Position numbers and translations under genes: made by a program. 64,000 nt of DNA from Eledone cirrhosa (lineage: Eukaryota), in contig OZ024744.1 in NCBI GenBank assembly GCA_964016885.1, positions 95,728,001 to 95,792,000 on the forward strand, given 5' to 3'. The notes beneath the pieces were generated by a model. That model was given only the letters and a program-made list of their open reading frames with translations. It made no database searches and was not told the DNA's origin. This document shows, piece by piece, positions 38,500 through 52,788 of the stretch. How positions within the stretch are numbered: the stretch's first letter is position 1; every line of letters begins with the position of its first letter.

Positions 38500-41400
38500 G
38501 TTTAACATCCAAATTTTTCTGGGTGGGCAATGACAAAAGGCTAGTGGGGAGTAGGTATTTTATTAGCTGAAAAACGGGTAGATAAAATAATCTCTGTAAT
38601 TTGTGTGAACAAGAGCATCATCAACCTTTTAACATTTACATTTCTCTATATATACTATTGTATTTTCACAATAAAGGCTTACTTCACATATTTATCTCAT
38701 ATAATATCGAATCTATGAGATTTTGATATTTATTTTGAAAACAATATCTTAACATCAGTTTGCACAGTCGGTTACAGCCAGATTGTGACAGAAAGAGGTG
38801 AGAGAATTCTGATTGGATACAGCCGGTTTAAATGCTAAAGGGTTAAACTTAGACTAGTCCTAAATGGTTACAATTATATCTGCATACACACCTCAATCTG
38901 GGTTGTCAGATGAACTAAAAGAGGGGTTTTCCAAATCCCTAATGCACACAACTACCCTAAAAAATGTCAGTGACTTCTTAATCATTGCAGAGGACTTTAA
39001 TGGACATGTTGTACAACACTGTGATGGCTTCTACAAAGTCAATGGTTTAGTGTGAAAAACAAAGGTTTTAGGCTTCTAGAATTCTGTGACATCAATCACC
39101 TATCTATGTGCAACACAAAGTTCAAAAACCCCAACAACCACCTGACCACCTATAGATCTGAACATGCTAGTTAGATAGACTTTATCGTTATCAGAGGATG
39201 AGATTGTGACAGTTGTTAACACAAAATACTTCTCTGTTGATGAGTGCCCCTCTCAACATAACATAGTAGTAAGCGAGTTCATTGTTAGGGCTGAGGCGAA
39301 AGATATGGAAGTTAAAAGAGACCTCAGCCAGTATCAAATTCAGAGGTATTTTGTTTGGTGTTTACAACAGTAAGGAAGAACAAAAAGAGACATTCAGTAT
39401 AGAGGAGCATTAGGAGTTCCTGAAAGATAATCTGCTGAAGGCGATAGACGAGATTTGTGGTTGAAACAGGGTTCCAGGGAGAAGGAGAGCAACTTAGTGG
39501 TGGAACAGTAAGGCAGATGAGACAGACATGGAGAAAAGGGAAGAATGAAGGAAGTCAGTAGGGAAGCAGAAGATAAAAAATTTAAGCCAGTTTTGTGGTG
39601 TGAAGACTAGAGGTGTAAGGTGTTTAGGACCACAAGGCAATGTGTCAGGGAAAATTGTGATGTCATTGGAGAGAAATGAGTCCTCATGGATGCTGAAAAG
39701 AAAGAAGCAGGGAAGAGCCATTATGAAAGATTACTGAATGCAGAGAATGCATGGGAGAAAGAGACCTTACCCCAAGTGCACTTAGCAGAGGGCCCAGCCG
39801 TACAAGTTAGCAGCAGTGTAGTAAGTAAGGCAATTAAAGATATGAAGACTGGGAAAGCAGCAGGCCCATCGGGAATAATTGCAGAGATGCTGAAAGCAGC
39901 CAGTCCATCGGGAATAGTTGCAGAGATCTGAAAGCAGCTGGGATGGTGGGTAACACCTTAATCACTCGTACTGTAAACTAGGTAATATTAAATGGTGTCA
40001 TACTGAATGATTGGCACAGCAGCATCATTGTCAACTGCTACAAGAGTAAAGGAGATGCACTAGATAGAGGAAACTATACAGGCATCAAGTTGATGGACCA
40101 GGTCATGAAGGTAACAGAAAAAAATTATAGCGCAGCTGATTAGGGATCAGGTTAACCTAGATGAGATGCAGTTAGGATTTGTGGCAGGTAAAAGTACCAC
40201 TGGTGCTCTCTTCCTTGTGAAGCGACTACAGGAAAAGTACATAGTTAAAGGTAAGCCTCTTTACATGGCATTTGCTGACCTGGAGAAAGTTTTTGACAGA
40301 GTGCTCTGTGCCATAATCTTGTGGGCTCTAAAAAAAAATAGAGTGGCTTGTGAAGACTGTAGAAGCCATGTATAGTGGAGCAGTCAACAACATTAGGATT
40401 AACAATGACTATAACGAAGAATTTAGCATGCAGTCCACAGCCCTCACCTGTTTATTATTATCCTGCATGTTATAACAGTTTAAGACTGGCTGCCTGTGGG
40501 AACTCCTGTATGCAGATGATCTAACACTTACAGTTGAATATATGGCAGAATTAGAGAAGAAATTCCAAATCTGGAAGCATGGCCTAGAATCAAGGTACTA
40601 GTAAGTAGAAGGGAAAAAAGGACCTTGATTCCCTCAGGGAAATGGGCTTGCTCAATGTGCAGTAAAGGCGTAGAAATCCCATCGTCTGTCCCAAATGCAA
40701 ACTATGGATACACAAGAGATGTAGTGGGATCTGAAGTAGGTTAGCTAAGAATGTAGGTTTTATACATGGCTGTTGCACAGGAGCAGTAAGCAGCAAATGA
40801 CCACAGCAAACAAGCTCAAACAAATTCTTGGAAGGTTCTGTAGAAACAGTAAACAGCTTCTGTTACCTGGGTGACCCAATTAGCAGTAGAAGTGGGTGTT
40901 CTGAAAATACAGCAGTCAGAGTGAGAATGGGATGGAAAAAGTTCAGGGACCTTCTAATGCTGTTAGCTGCAAAACGTTTTTCCTTCAAAACAGATTGTAC
41001 AATGCATGTATACAAACAGCAATGTTGCATGGTAGTGAGACCTGTGCACTGTGTGCAGAGGACCTGCGAAGATTGAAAAGAAATGAATCTTGCATGCTCT
41101 GACGGATGTGCAATAGTAACATACATGAATGGCTAAGCATGGAATGAACTGAGAGAGACTAGGTATAAGAGGGATCAGATGCAGTGTGCAGGATGGAAGA
41201 CTGCATTGGTATGAACATGTGATGCACATGAAGGACGGCAACTGTATAAAAAGGTGCAAAGCACACAAAGTTGATGGTATCTATGGAGTAGGAACACCTG
41301 CACAATTGCACATCTCGAAAACAATGACACAGGACCGAGATCTTTGGCATTTTGCAGTAATACAGAAGACTCACCTCCCTCCATGCACTTTAAATGTGGT

Positions 41401-41512
41401 TGGTTAGGAAGGGCATCCAGCCAAAGGAACCAAGCCAGAAACAGTTGTGCATGAGCATAACATGGGTCATGTGATCTGACTTGTCTCATAACAGAAAGAT
41501 GGAGATGATCAT
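38500..41512 (+). mobile_element. Old, heavily mutated RTE LINE interrupted by a TTAA MITE (38625-38846)
   Basis: SAYTPQ, AEDFNGHV, DLEKVFDRV, YADD, PHD remnants, FCYLG. Confidence 0.88.
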
Positions 41513-41607
41513 GATATATATGTACATACACACAGACACACACATATATATATACACACACACACACACATATATATATACATACACACACATATATATA
41601 CATATAT

Positions 41608-42262
41608 AAACGAAGCCTGCATGCTCCGATGGATGTGTAATAGTAATATACGCGAACGGCAAAGCATAAATGATTTGAGAGAGAGAGACTGAGCATAAGA
41701 GAAATCAAATGCTGTGCACAGAAGAGAAGGTTGCGTTGGTATGGACATGTGATGCGTATGAAGGATTACAGCTGCATAAAAAGGTGCAGAGCACTAAAAG
41801 TCGATGGAAGACGTGGAGTGGGGAGACCCAAGAAGACCTGGGATGAGGTGATAAAAGCTGACCTTACGCAATTGCACCTCACAAAGGCGATGACACGGGA
41901 CCGAGACCTCTGGCGTTACACAGTAATACAGAAGACCCGACTTCCCACGGGTACAAGCTGAAGCTGAAGCATATAGATAGTATGCTCCCATCTCCTCCAA
42001 TTGTAAAGTGATCATGGAGGTATCACGACAAAAAGCACCCAGCCCACACTGCAAAGTGGTCATGTAGGCGCCACGGTAAAAAAGCACCCAGTACTCACAG
42101 TAAATGAGGTTGGTGTTAGGAAGGGCATCCAACTGTAGAAATCAAGTCAAAATCAGTTGTGTATGAGAAAGACAAGGTCACCTGACCTGGCATTGCCCGC
42201 AACAGGACTACCCGCCTAACCCATGCTAGCGTGGAAGAATGGACGTAAAACGGTAATGATGA
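41608..42262 (+). mobile_element. RTE 3' fragment
   Basis: RWYGHVMRM...GRPKKTW, 3' UTR and tail. Confidence 0.85.
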
Positions 42263-42277
42263 GGACACACGCACACA

Positions 42278-42352
<75 letters not shown>

Positions 42353-42369
42353 ATATATATATATATAAT

Positions 42370-44105
42370 GTGTCTGGGATGATGCCGGTGTACTTAGTGT
42401 CACGAATGATCAGAAAAAGGAGGCCTGGAAATGTCATTATGAGAGACTGATGAATGTGGAGAACAAATGGGAGAGAGAGAAATTACCCTTGGTAGATCCG
42501 ACAGAGGGACCAGCTATTGAGATTGACGAATATAGGGTCCAAGAGGCGATTAGGGAAATGAAAAATGGTAAGGCTGCCGGACCATCGGGAATAGTTGCTG
42601 AGATGCTGAAGGCATCAGGGGACGTAGGCACTAAACTGGTTGCACGCATCATCAATCAGGCTATATATGGTGGTGCCATACCCAAAGACTGGTGCAGCAG
42701 TATTCTCATAAATTGCTACAAAGGTAAAGGGGATGCTCTGGAGAGGAGCAATTATAGGGGTATAAAACTGAGAGATCAGGTTATGAAAGTGGCAGAAAGG
42801 ATATTAGCACAACTAATTAGAGAAAGGGTCAAACTAGATGAGATGCAGTTTGGTTTTGTGCCTGGGAAGAGTACAACAGATGCCCTCTTCTTGGTGAGAC
42901 AATTGCAAGAGAGGTTCTTAGAGAAGAATAAGCCACTATACTTAGCCTTTGTTGACCTAGAGAAGGCCTTTGATAGGGTACCCCAATCTGTCATCTGGTG
43001 GTCCCTAAGGAAGCCAGGTGTTGAGGAATGGCTTGTGAGGACAGTGCAAACTTTGTACAGAGGTACTCGCAGTAAAGTCAGGGTAGGAATGGAGTTTAGT
43101 GAGGAATTCCAGATACAAGTAAGAGTACATCAGGGTTCGGTCCTCAGCCCGCTCTTGTTCATTATAGTCCTCCAAGCCATAACAGAGGAGTTTAAGACTG
43201 GCTGTCCATGGGAACTTCTCTATGCTGACGATCTTGTTCTTATAGTAGAATCAGTGGAGGAGCTAGAGAATAAATTCTGGCTATGGAAACAGCAGTTGGA
43301 AGCAAGAGGACTGAGAGTGAACCTAGCTAAGACAAAAGTGTTGATGAGTAGAAAAGAGGACAAAACCCTGATTCCATCAGGGAAATGGCCATGTTCGATA
43401 TGCAGAAAAGGAACTGGCATAAATTCTATAAAATGCACACAATGCAGATCCTGGGTACACAAGAGATGTTGCGAGATAGCAGGCAAACTAACAGGTTGGG
43501 AGAAATATGTATGCAGTAGATATACAGGGAAATTAGACAGTAGAAGTCGCATTGATAGACACATTTTTCAAATGCAGGAGGGCGCTATAGAAGTGGTGGA
43601 TAGCTTCCGGAATTTAGGAGATCAGATTAGCATGGGAGGAGGGTGTTCTGAGGCCATAGTATCTAGAATAAGGACGGGTTGGAAGAAGTTTAGGGAGCTG
43701 CTTCCTCTGTTGACGAAGGGTTTCTCCCTGCGTATGAAAGGCCGGTTGTATGATGCCTGTGTGAGGAGCGCGATGCTGTATGGTAGTGAGACATGGGCAG
43801 CAACTGCAGAGGATATGCGACGGCTGGAGAGAAATGAGGCAAGCATGCTCCGTTGGATGCACATGGAGGATGACCGATGGGTGAAAAAATGCCAGGAAAT
43901 GCCAGTTGAAGGAAGATGTGGTAGAGGTAGACCACGAAAAACATGGGCGGAGGTGGTGAGAACAGACCTCAGATCATTGAAGCTCACGGTGGAGATGACG
44001 AAGGACCGTGACGAGTGGAGAGATGCTGTGCTGAATAAGACCCGTCCCACCCTTGCTAGCAGGGAAAAGCGGACGTAAAATGATGATGATGATGATGATG
44101 ATGAT
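42370..44105 (+). mobile_element. 5'-truncated RTE LINE with 542-aa ORF (42450-44078)
   Basis: KAAGPSG, NYRGIKL, QFGF, DLEKAFDRVP, LLYADD and PHD; internal deletion in the thumb region; (GAT)n tail. Confidence 0.93.
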
Positions 44106-44119
44106 ATATATACATACAC

Positions 44120-44674
44120 AGCTGGGGGGGTTCTGAAAGTACTGTAGCCAGAGTGAGAACGGGGTGGAAGTTCAGGGAGCTACTGCCACTGCTACCTACA
44201 AAAGGCTTTTCTATCAAAATGAAAGGCAGACGGTATAATGCATGCATAGGAACAACACTACATGGTAGTGACACCTGGGCACTGTTGTGTCCAGAAGACT
44301 TATGTAGATTGGAAAGAAACGAAGTTTGCATGCTCCGATGGATGTGTAATATAGTAATATACGTGAACGGCAAAGCATAAACGAACTGGAGAGAAACTAG
44401 GCATAAGAGGAATCAGATGTAGTGTGCAGAAGAGGAGACTGCATTGGTATGGACATGTGATGTATATGAAGGATGAGATTTGTATAAAAAGATGCAGAGT
44501 ACTCAAAGTCGATGGAAGCCTTGGAGTGAGGAGACCTAGGAAGACATGGGGTGAGGTGATAAGAGCTGACTTCGCTAATTTGCACCTATCAAAGACGATG
44601 ACACAGGACATCTGGGGTTATGCAGTAATACAGAAGACCTGCCTTCTCACGAGGAGTGGCTGAAGTTAAAGGAT

Positions 44675-44705
<31 letters not shown>

Positions 44706-44887
44706 GTAAGCACCCAGCACACACTGTAAATGTGGTTGGTGTTATAGGACGGGCATCCAGCTGTAGAAACCAAGTCAGAAGCAGTTCTGTATGAGTAAGA
44801 CAAGGTCACCTGACCCAACTTGCCTTAAACGGGACCTGTCTAACCCATGTTAGCATGGAAAAATGGACATTAAATGGTGATGAGATG

Positions 44888-44890
<3 letters not shown>
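44120..44890 (+). mobile_element. RTE 3' fragment
   Basis: RTGWKFRELLP...RLHWYGHV...; shared 3' tail. Confidence 0.85.
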
Positions 44891-44930
<40 letters not shown>

Positions 44931-45101
44931 CACACACACACATATATACATGTACACACATATATATATATACATATATATATATACATGTACATTAGCG
45001 CCCGAAACGTAAAGACCCTCTTCCTGTTATTTCAACCGTTAGCCTAATATATTCCTTCCTTTTACGTACCAATTGTGTTGTTATTTGTTTACGTTTTACA
45101 T

Positions 45102-45138
<37 letters not shown>

Positions 45139-45173
45139 ATATAAGATCAAAAGATGGTTAAAAGAGTTCCAAG

Positions 45174-45244
45174 TATTTTATTATGCACATTTCAAAAACA
45201 AATATCATCATGGGATGATATCTGCGTTCTCATCAGATAAAATA
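45174..45244 (-). ncRNA. Type I hammerhead ribozyme motif
   Basis: Minus strand: tattttat CTGATGA gaacgcagatatcatc-ccat-gatgatatttgttttt GAAA tgtgca TA ataaaata; 8-bp stem I, ~15-bp stem II, near-palindromic stem III. Confidence 0.82.
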
Positions 45245-45670
45245 GGCATACATGATATGAAGCTTAAAAAACACTTGCGAGCAGTGAAGTGTTAAATCAA
45301 CATATGAAAAATAAATTAAGATTGATGTATGAGATTGAGAAAAAGTGAGGGGGGGGGGGGTAAGGAAGAGGAAGAGATGAGTGTAAAGAATGGTGGGGGA
45401 GGAGTATAAGAAGGAAGGATGAGAGAGGAGGAGAGATAGCCTTTACAACTGAGAAAAAAATATATATTGTCTCACAGAGAGAAATTAAAAAGCCGTTGGA
45501 AGATAATAGATAATTTAAAAGAATTTGAAATTAAAAGTTAATGAGGTTTATGCATGAAGAAAAAGGAATTAAGAATAATATTAAATTAAAGGTTTGTATA
45601 TTGATTGAAGGGTTTAATAATATGTGCGAGGAAAAGAAATTATTAATATGTATTATTATGTATATTTATT

Positions 45671-46012
45671 GGAGGCACATGGCTTAGTGGTTAGAGCATT
45701 GGCCTTGCAATTGAAAGGTTGTGAGGTCAATTCTCAGACCGGGTGATGTGTTGTTTCCTTGAGCAAGACACTTTATTTCACATTGCTCCAGTTTACTCAG
45801 CTGTAGAAATGAGATGATAGGACTGGGGTCCATATCATTCCACTGTAAAGTGGTCGTGGAGGTGCCACGGCAAAAAAAGCACCCAGCACCCACTGTAAAT
45901 GAGGTTGGTGTTAGGAAGGGCATCCAGCTGTAGAAATCAAGCCAGAATCAGTTCCCGTCCCACCCTTGCAAGCAGGGAAAAAGCGGACATAAAATGAAAT
46001 GATGATGATGAT
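45671..46012 (+). mobile_element. Full-length family-A SINE (tRNA head, CORE-like domain, RTE 3' tail)
   Basis: A box tggcttagtgg, B-box-like ggtcaattc, ccttgagcaagacactt core; 3' part shared with RTE 3' UTR; (ATG)n tail. Confidence 0.88.
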
Positions 46013-46614
46013 ATATATATATATAATAGTTTATTACTCTTTACTTCCTCAAATCTTTGCTGTAAGTAGTGCCAGAGATTTGTGTTGTGTCTATCATTTC
46101 ACTTTGAAGCTTTCTCAGGCATGCCACAAGAATCATTACTTCTGGATGTTTGTGTTAAAACTACTGTGACATTTGCTGATTCTCATGAAATGAAAATGAA
46201 AGACTCACACTGAACAAAGACGTATTATCATCATCATCATCAACACCATCACATCATCCCATCAATGAAAATGAAGCCTCACACTGAACAATAACTGAAC
46301 TCTGACATATCATCATCATCAACATCACCATCACCATCACCCCCATCATTATCACCACCATCACCATCACCCCATCAAGCCTCACACTGAACAATAACTG
46401 AACTCTGACATATCATCATCATCACCACCATCAACAACGTCACCATCACCTCATCATCATCAACGTCATCCCCATCATCATTTAACAATCGTTTACCCTG
46501 CTACAAAAATGTAATTCAGGAAACAGTTGAGGACTTTATTAAACCAATTTATTTACTGCTGTAATAACACATATCCTTGTTTGAAATGTTAAAGTCTCAA
46601 ATAGTATCAAATAT

Positions 46615-46947
46615 ATCATCATCATTTTACGTCCACTTTTCCCTGCTTGCAAGGGTGGGGCGGGAACTGATTTGGCTTGATTTCTACAGCTGGATGCCCT
46701 TCCTAACACCAACCTCATTTACAGTGAGTGCTGGGTGCTTTTTTGCCGTGGCACCTACACGTCCACTTTACAGTGGAATGATAGGGACCCCAGTCCCTAT
46801 CATCTCATTTCTACAGCTGAGTAAACTGGAGCAATGTGAAATAAAGTGTCTTGCTCAAGGAAACAACTCATCACTTGATCTGAGAATTGAACTCACAACC
46901 TTTCGATTGCAAGGCCAATGCTCTAACCACTAAGCCATGTGCCTCCA
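46615..46947 (-). mobile_element. Family-A SINE
   Basis: Reverse-complement copy of 45671-46012. Confidence 0.87.
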
Positions 46948-46959
46948 TATATATATAAT

Positions 46960-47800
46960 AAAGAGTCCCCAAACACTCCTTTCAGCGAGTCCTGTCAGAA
47001 GCAACTGTCTCCAATTGATTTGGCTGGATCCCCAAGCAAAACCACCAGCTAAGCTCAAGGATGTTATCCAATCATCTTGCTCGGGGCTCCCACTTGGTTT
47101 TGCCCATAAAATCTGTCTAGCGATTATTTCCTGAGACATTCTAACTACATGCCCATAATATTGGAGCTGTGATCTCTCAATTTGGAGATGTAGCAGTTCT
47201 ACCTGGAGTGACTTTCTCATCTCCAAGTTAAGCACTTTATCGAGTAACATTATCCGAAGGACCCTTTGGAGGAACCCCATTTCAGCTTCTTGTATTCTTT
47301 CGGTCATTACCCAAGATTCATGATCATAGATAAGGGTTGGCACAAAAACCAAATTGAAGATAGCGAGTTTGGCTTTTACACCTACCTCCCTTCTTATTAC
47401 TGAATGCTAAAGCTGGCGCATTACTGCAGCAGCTCTAGCAATTCTTGCACTTAATTCAGCCTCCTGCCTTCCATCACTCGTGAACATGGCCCTGAGATAC
47501 TTGAACTTCTACTCCTGCTTCAGTGGAACACCATTCACATGAAGAGTGCACTGCGCAGCTTCCTTGAGAGGACGAGTGCTTCAGTTTTCGCAGCACTGAT
47601 TTTCATTCCAGCTATGCAGCACTCAGCATCAAACCTATCAAGTGAAAGTCAGAGATCACCGTCTGTTGAATTAAGTAACACCATGTCGTCTGCAAATTCC
47701 ATCTGACTGATTCTATACCTGCCAGTCATGATATCACTTCTAACTCAACAGTGTATGTCAATCCTGCTCATGAAAATAATGAACAGGAGAGTTGACAATA
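46960..47800 (-). mobile_element. RTE LINE RT fragment of a family lacking the PHD finger
   Basis: FADD...KTE..VLS...LHVNGVPLKQ..FKYL...VFVPTLIYDHESWVMT; no Cys/His cluster between KT and FKYL. Confidence 0.8.
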
Positions 47801-48379
47801 CCTACAATGATTAACGGTTTGTATACATAAATAAATTCTCAAAGTAATTGTCTCACATTCTTATGTGACAGACTCAGAAACTATAATACAGAAAATAACA
47901 TTTTGATTAACAGCCTTGTACTATACTGAATTTTCAGTGAAGTCACATCAGTCAGTTGTAGTAACTTTGATTAACCCTTTCATGACTATTTCTAATTCTG
48001 TAATTCTATTTCAATTTATTAATGTAGAGCAATGAGAATTGATGGAAGCTACGGAGTGGGTAGACCAAGAAAAATCTGGGATGAGGTGGTAAAAACTGAC
48101 TTTGCTCACTTACACTTCTCTAAGACAATGTCACTGGATTGAGATCTTTGGCACCATGCAGTTGTACAGAAGACCTGCCTTCCCTTGCATACAAACCTAC
48201 AGTCAGTAGGTACCTCTTAATCCAATATACACCCCACCCAATCCTCCCATTTCTGTTCACTGTGTGACAACTAAAAAGCACCCGGTCGACACTGTAAAGT
48301 GGTCGTGTAGCAAACACGGTAAAAAGGGTCCCAGTCCACACTGTAAAAGTGGTTGGTGTTAGGAAGGGCATCCACCCTA

Positions 48380-51300
48380 TTCTGAAAGGCTAAAATGAAT
48401 CACTAGAGTTGATTTGGCTTCGTTCCAGTCATCCATCCATACAAATTTTACGACGGTATTTCAGCTCCCACAACACATCTACTTTGTTATTCTCCTACCA
48501 TGCTGACTGTCTATTTTTCCTCGTCTCTGTCTACCTAACAATTTCAATCCCAACCACCCAATCACACAACCATAGCCTATTCGACCAATCAAACCTCAGC
48601 ATGCCATTTCTTCTGCTACTACTACCTAACTAACTCTCTCCTCCCCTGTCCCAGCCCAACACACCCTGCCATTATTCCACCACCAGTTCTTCTAGCCCTG
48701 AATTTTTCTACCGTTATGGATGGATGAGCTGAGAATAAATTTGAGTGACTCTGAATTAATAGATGAAATATGAATCTGCGAGCTACCAAGCACCCATGTG
48801 AAGCGCCAATCCAGAGACCCTTCCCTACGAGTCTCGACAAATGCCCAAAACTCCGAGTTGGTACCATCAATATAGGCACACTGAAAGGAAGAGCAGGAGA
48901 AATCGTAGAAATGCTAGAGCGAAAGGAAATTTATGTATGCTGTGTGCAAGAGACTAGATGGAGAGGAGAGTCTGCTAGAGTCCTTGTAGGAAAAAGTCGG
49001 TGCTACAAATTTTTCTGGGTGGGAAATGACGATGGGATGGGTGGTGTAGGTATACTACTAGCTGACAAGTGGGTAGATAAAGTAATCTCAGTGTACAGGG
49101 TAAATACAACAATCATTAAATTCAGACTAGTCCTGAATAAAACAATTACCACAATAATATCAGCTTACGCACCCCAATCGGGGCTGCCAGACGAACTTAA
49201 GGATAGGTTTTACGAGTCCCTAATGCACACTACTGCTCTAACAGACAACAATGACTTCCTAATCATCGCAGGAGATTTTAACGGACACGTAGGTAAACAC
49301 TGTGACGGCTTCAATAGAGTACATGGAGGCCATGGGGTTGGTACAAGAAATGAGTAAGGATTCAGACTTCTAGAATTCTGCGACGCCAATGACATGTCGA
49401 TATGTAACAAACTTTAAAAAACCCGACAACCACCTGATCACCTATAGATCAGGGGAGCACTCTAGTCATATAGATTTTATCCTCATCAGAGGACGTGACA
49501 GATGGACGGTCGTAAACACAAAAGCCTTCCCTAGTGAGGAATGTACATCCCAACATAGCTTAGTTGTCAGCGACCTCACAGTCAGAACTAGACGAACCTG
49601 GAAACAGAGGCCGACCTGGAGAAGAAGGATCTGGAAGCTGAAAGACCCCTCAACCAGTAACAGATTTAAAGATATTTTACTCAACGCCTACGACAGTAAA
49701 GAAGAACAGATAGAGACATTCAATGTAGAAGAGAACTGGGAGTTCCTAAAAAATAACTTACTAGAGGCGACGGATGAGGTCTGTGGCTGGAGTAAGACCA
49801 CATGCAGGAGGAGAGTGACTTGGTGGTGGAACAATAAGGTAGATGAGGCAGTTAAGGCCAAGAGACAGGCATGGAAAGAATGGAAGAACGGGGGGAGCAG
49901 GTACATTACATAGAGACCAAGAGGGAAGCTAGGCAACAAGTATACTTAGCTAGGAGGGAAGCAGAGGATAGAAATTTCAAGCATGTTTTGCAACGTGAGG
50001 ACCAGAAACAGGAGGTGTTCAAGATTGCGAGGCAGTGTGTCAGAGAGAGAAGTGTATCCGGAATGATTAAGGTGAGCTTGCCCTCACAAGTGCTGAGAAG
50101 AAAGATGCATGGAAGAGTCATTATGATAGATTACTAAATGAGGAGAATGCATGGGAAGAAGAGACCCTACCCCAAGTAGACTCTATAGAGGGGCCAGCAA
50201 AACAAGTCAGCAGCAACGTAGTAAGTAAGGTAATCAAAGATATGAAGATGGGGAAGGCAACCGGTCCATCGGATATAGCTGCCGAGATGCTGATGGCATC
50301 TGGGTCTGTAGGTCACACTATAACCACATGTATTGTTAACCAGGTAATACTAGAAGGTGTCATACCAAAAGATTGGTACAGTAGCATCATTGTCAACTGC
50401 TACAAAGGTAAAGGTGATGCACTAGATAGAGGAAAGTATAGAGGTATAAAGCTGATGGACCAGGTCATGAAAGTAACAGAAAGAGTTATAGCACAGTTGA
50501 TTAGGGACCGGGTGAAACTAGATGAGATGCAATTTGGGTTTGTACCAGGAAGAGGCACCACTGATGCCCTCTTCCTTGTCAGGCAGTTACAGGAAAAGTA
50601 CCTAGCTAAAAGTAAGCCACTCTACCTGGCATTTGTAGACCTTGAGAAAGCCTTTGACAGAGTTCCACGTGCTGTAATCTGGTGGGCTCTTAGAAAACTA
50701 GGAGTAGATGAATGGCTTGTGAAAGCGGTACAAGCCATGTATAGGGGAGCAGTCAGCAAAGTTAGGATTAGCAATGAGTATAGCGAGGAATTTAGCATAC
50801 AGGTTGGGGTCCACCAGGGCTCTGTTCTTAGCTCCCTCCTGTTCATCATAGTCCTGCAGGCAATAATGGACGAGTTTAAGACCGGATGCCCATGGGAACT
50901 CCTGTATGCTGATGACCTCGCACTTATAGCTGAATCTATGGTAGAACTAGAGAAGAAATTCCAAACTTGGAAGCAGGGACTAGAAAGAAAGGGTCTCAAA
51001 GTCAACATGACAAAGACTAAGGTCCTTGTAAGTAGACGAGAAAACAGAACCCAGATCCCCTCAGAGAAATGGCCTTGCTCGGTATGTAGGAAAGGTGTAG
51101 GTAGGAACGCCATTCTCTGCCCCAAATGCAAACAATGGGTACACAAGAGATGTAGCCGGATTTCAGGAAGCTTAATTAAGAATATAGGCTTCACATGCAG
51201 CAGCTGTGCTGGGACAGCAAGCAGAAACAGCCACAGGAAACAAGTACCACCAATCTCTGGGAGGGCGCTGTAGAAACAGTAGACAGCTTCTGCTACCTAG

Positions 51301-52146
51301 GTGACCGAATTAGCAGCAGAGGTGGGTGTTCAGAAAGTACAATAACTAGGGTAAGAACGGGATGGAAGAAGTTTAGGAAACTACTACCACTGCTAGCTGC
51401 AAAAGGCTTCTCCCTCAGAATGAAAAGCAGACTGTATGATGCATGTATCCGAACAGCGATGTTGCATGGTAGTGAAACCTGGGCGCTGAAGGTGGAAGAC
51501 TTACGTAGATTAGAGAGAAACGAAGCCTGCATGCTCCGATGGATGTGTAACAGTAATATATGCGAACGACAAAGCATAAATGAATTGAGAGAGAGACTGA
51601 GCATAAGAGGAATCAAATGCTGTGTGCAGGAGAGGCGGTTGCGCTGGTATGGACATGTGATGCGTATGAAGGATGACAGCTGTATAAAAAGGTGCAGAGC
51701 ACTAGAAGTCAATGGAAACCGCGGAGTGGGGAGACCCAAGATGACCTGGGATGAGGTCATAAAAGCCGACCTTACCCGATTACACCTCAAAGGCGATGAC
51801 ACATGACCGTGACCTCTGGCGTCACACAGTAATATAGAGTACCCGACCTCCCATGGGTACAAGCTGAAGCATATAGACAATATGCCCCCACACCCCCCAT
51901 CGCAAGGTGATTGTGAAGGTGCCACGGCAAAAAAGCACCCAGTAAAGTGGATGTGTAGGCGCCACGAAAAAGCACCCAGCACTCACTTAAATGAGGTTGG
52001 TGTTAGGAAGGGCATCCAGCTGTAGAAATCAAGCCAAATCAGTTCCTGTATGAGCAAGACAAGGTCAGCCGACCAGACACTGCCCGTCTAACCCATGCTA
52101 GCGTGGAAGAACGGACGTAAAACGGTGATGATGATGATGATGATGA
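48380..52146 (+). mobile_element. Near-full-length RTE LINE (APE, RT and PHD), frameshifted
   Basis: ORFs 48770-49357 (APE), 49389-49913, 50242-51273 (RT and PHD), 51195-51806; 3' UTR repeats and (ATG)n tail. Confidence 0.94.
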
Positions 52147-52312
52147 CCAATCCTGCATCAAATGGAACAAAACTGTCTAACCCATGCTAGCGTGGAAGAT
52201 GGACGTTAAACGATGATGATGATGATGATGATTTATTAAAATTATTAATTACTTCATTAGATATTAACTCAACATATGGCTCTTGTATACAACTACATTG
52301 GAAGATTTTAAT

Positions 52313-52684
52313 TTAACACTTTACATTTAAATCGACCATATACGTCCAGAATTCTCTCGCCTCTTTCTGTTCAAACCAGCCATAACGAGCGGTTGATACT
52401 GATCTTAAGGATATTGTTCTCAAAATAAATAATTGTTTCTACTTTAGGCACAAGGCCAGCAATTACCCAGTGCATTACTAGTACTTTATTTTATCGACAC
52501 CGTAAGGATGAAAGGCAAAGTCAACCTCGGCGGGATTTGAACTCAGATCGTAAAGGGACGTAACTATGCTGGAAAGCATGGCGTCCGACCCTCTACCGAT
52601 ACTGCCAACAAAATAAATAATATCAAAATCTCGTAAATGAAAATATCATAGTAAATATAGAGTAATGTAAATGCTAAAGGGTTA
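52313..52684. mobile_element. TTAA MITE with a family-B SINE inserted (52434-52608, minus), TSD caaaataaataat
   Basis: Duplicated sequence at 52421-52433 and 52609-52621; MITE TIR at the right end. Confidence 0.8.
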
Positions 52685-52788
52685 AATAAGAATTCTTTAA
52701 CACCTATTCTTGATTATTTTCAAAATTATTTGAAAATGATAGGCAGTGTCTCTTTTAATAAATACAGTAACGAAAGTGTTAACCCTTT

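Noticed and set aside
45671-45745. tRNA-like sequence
   Set aside because: It is the head of a multi-copy SINE and has no proper acceptor stem.
46195-46480. Short duplications among (CAT)n tracts (also 29010-29075 and 33410-33580)
   Set aside because: Ordinary slippage-type local duplications.
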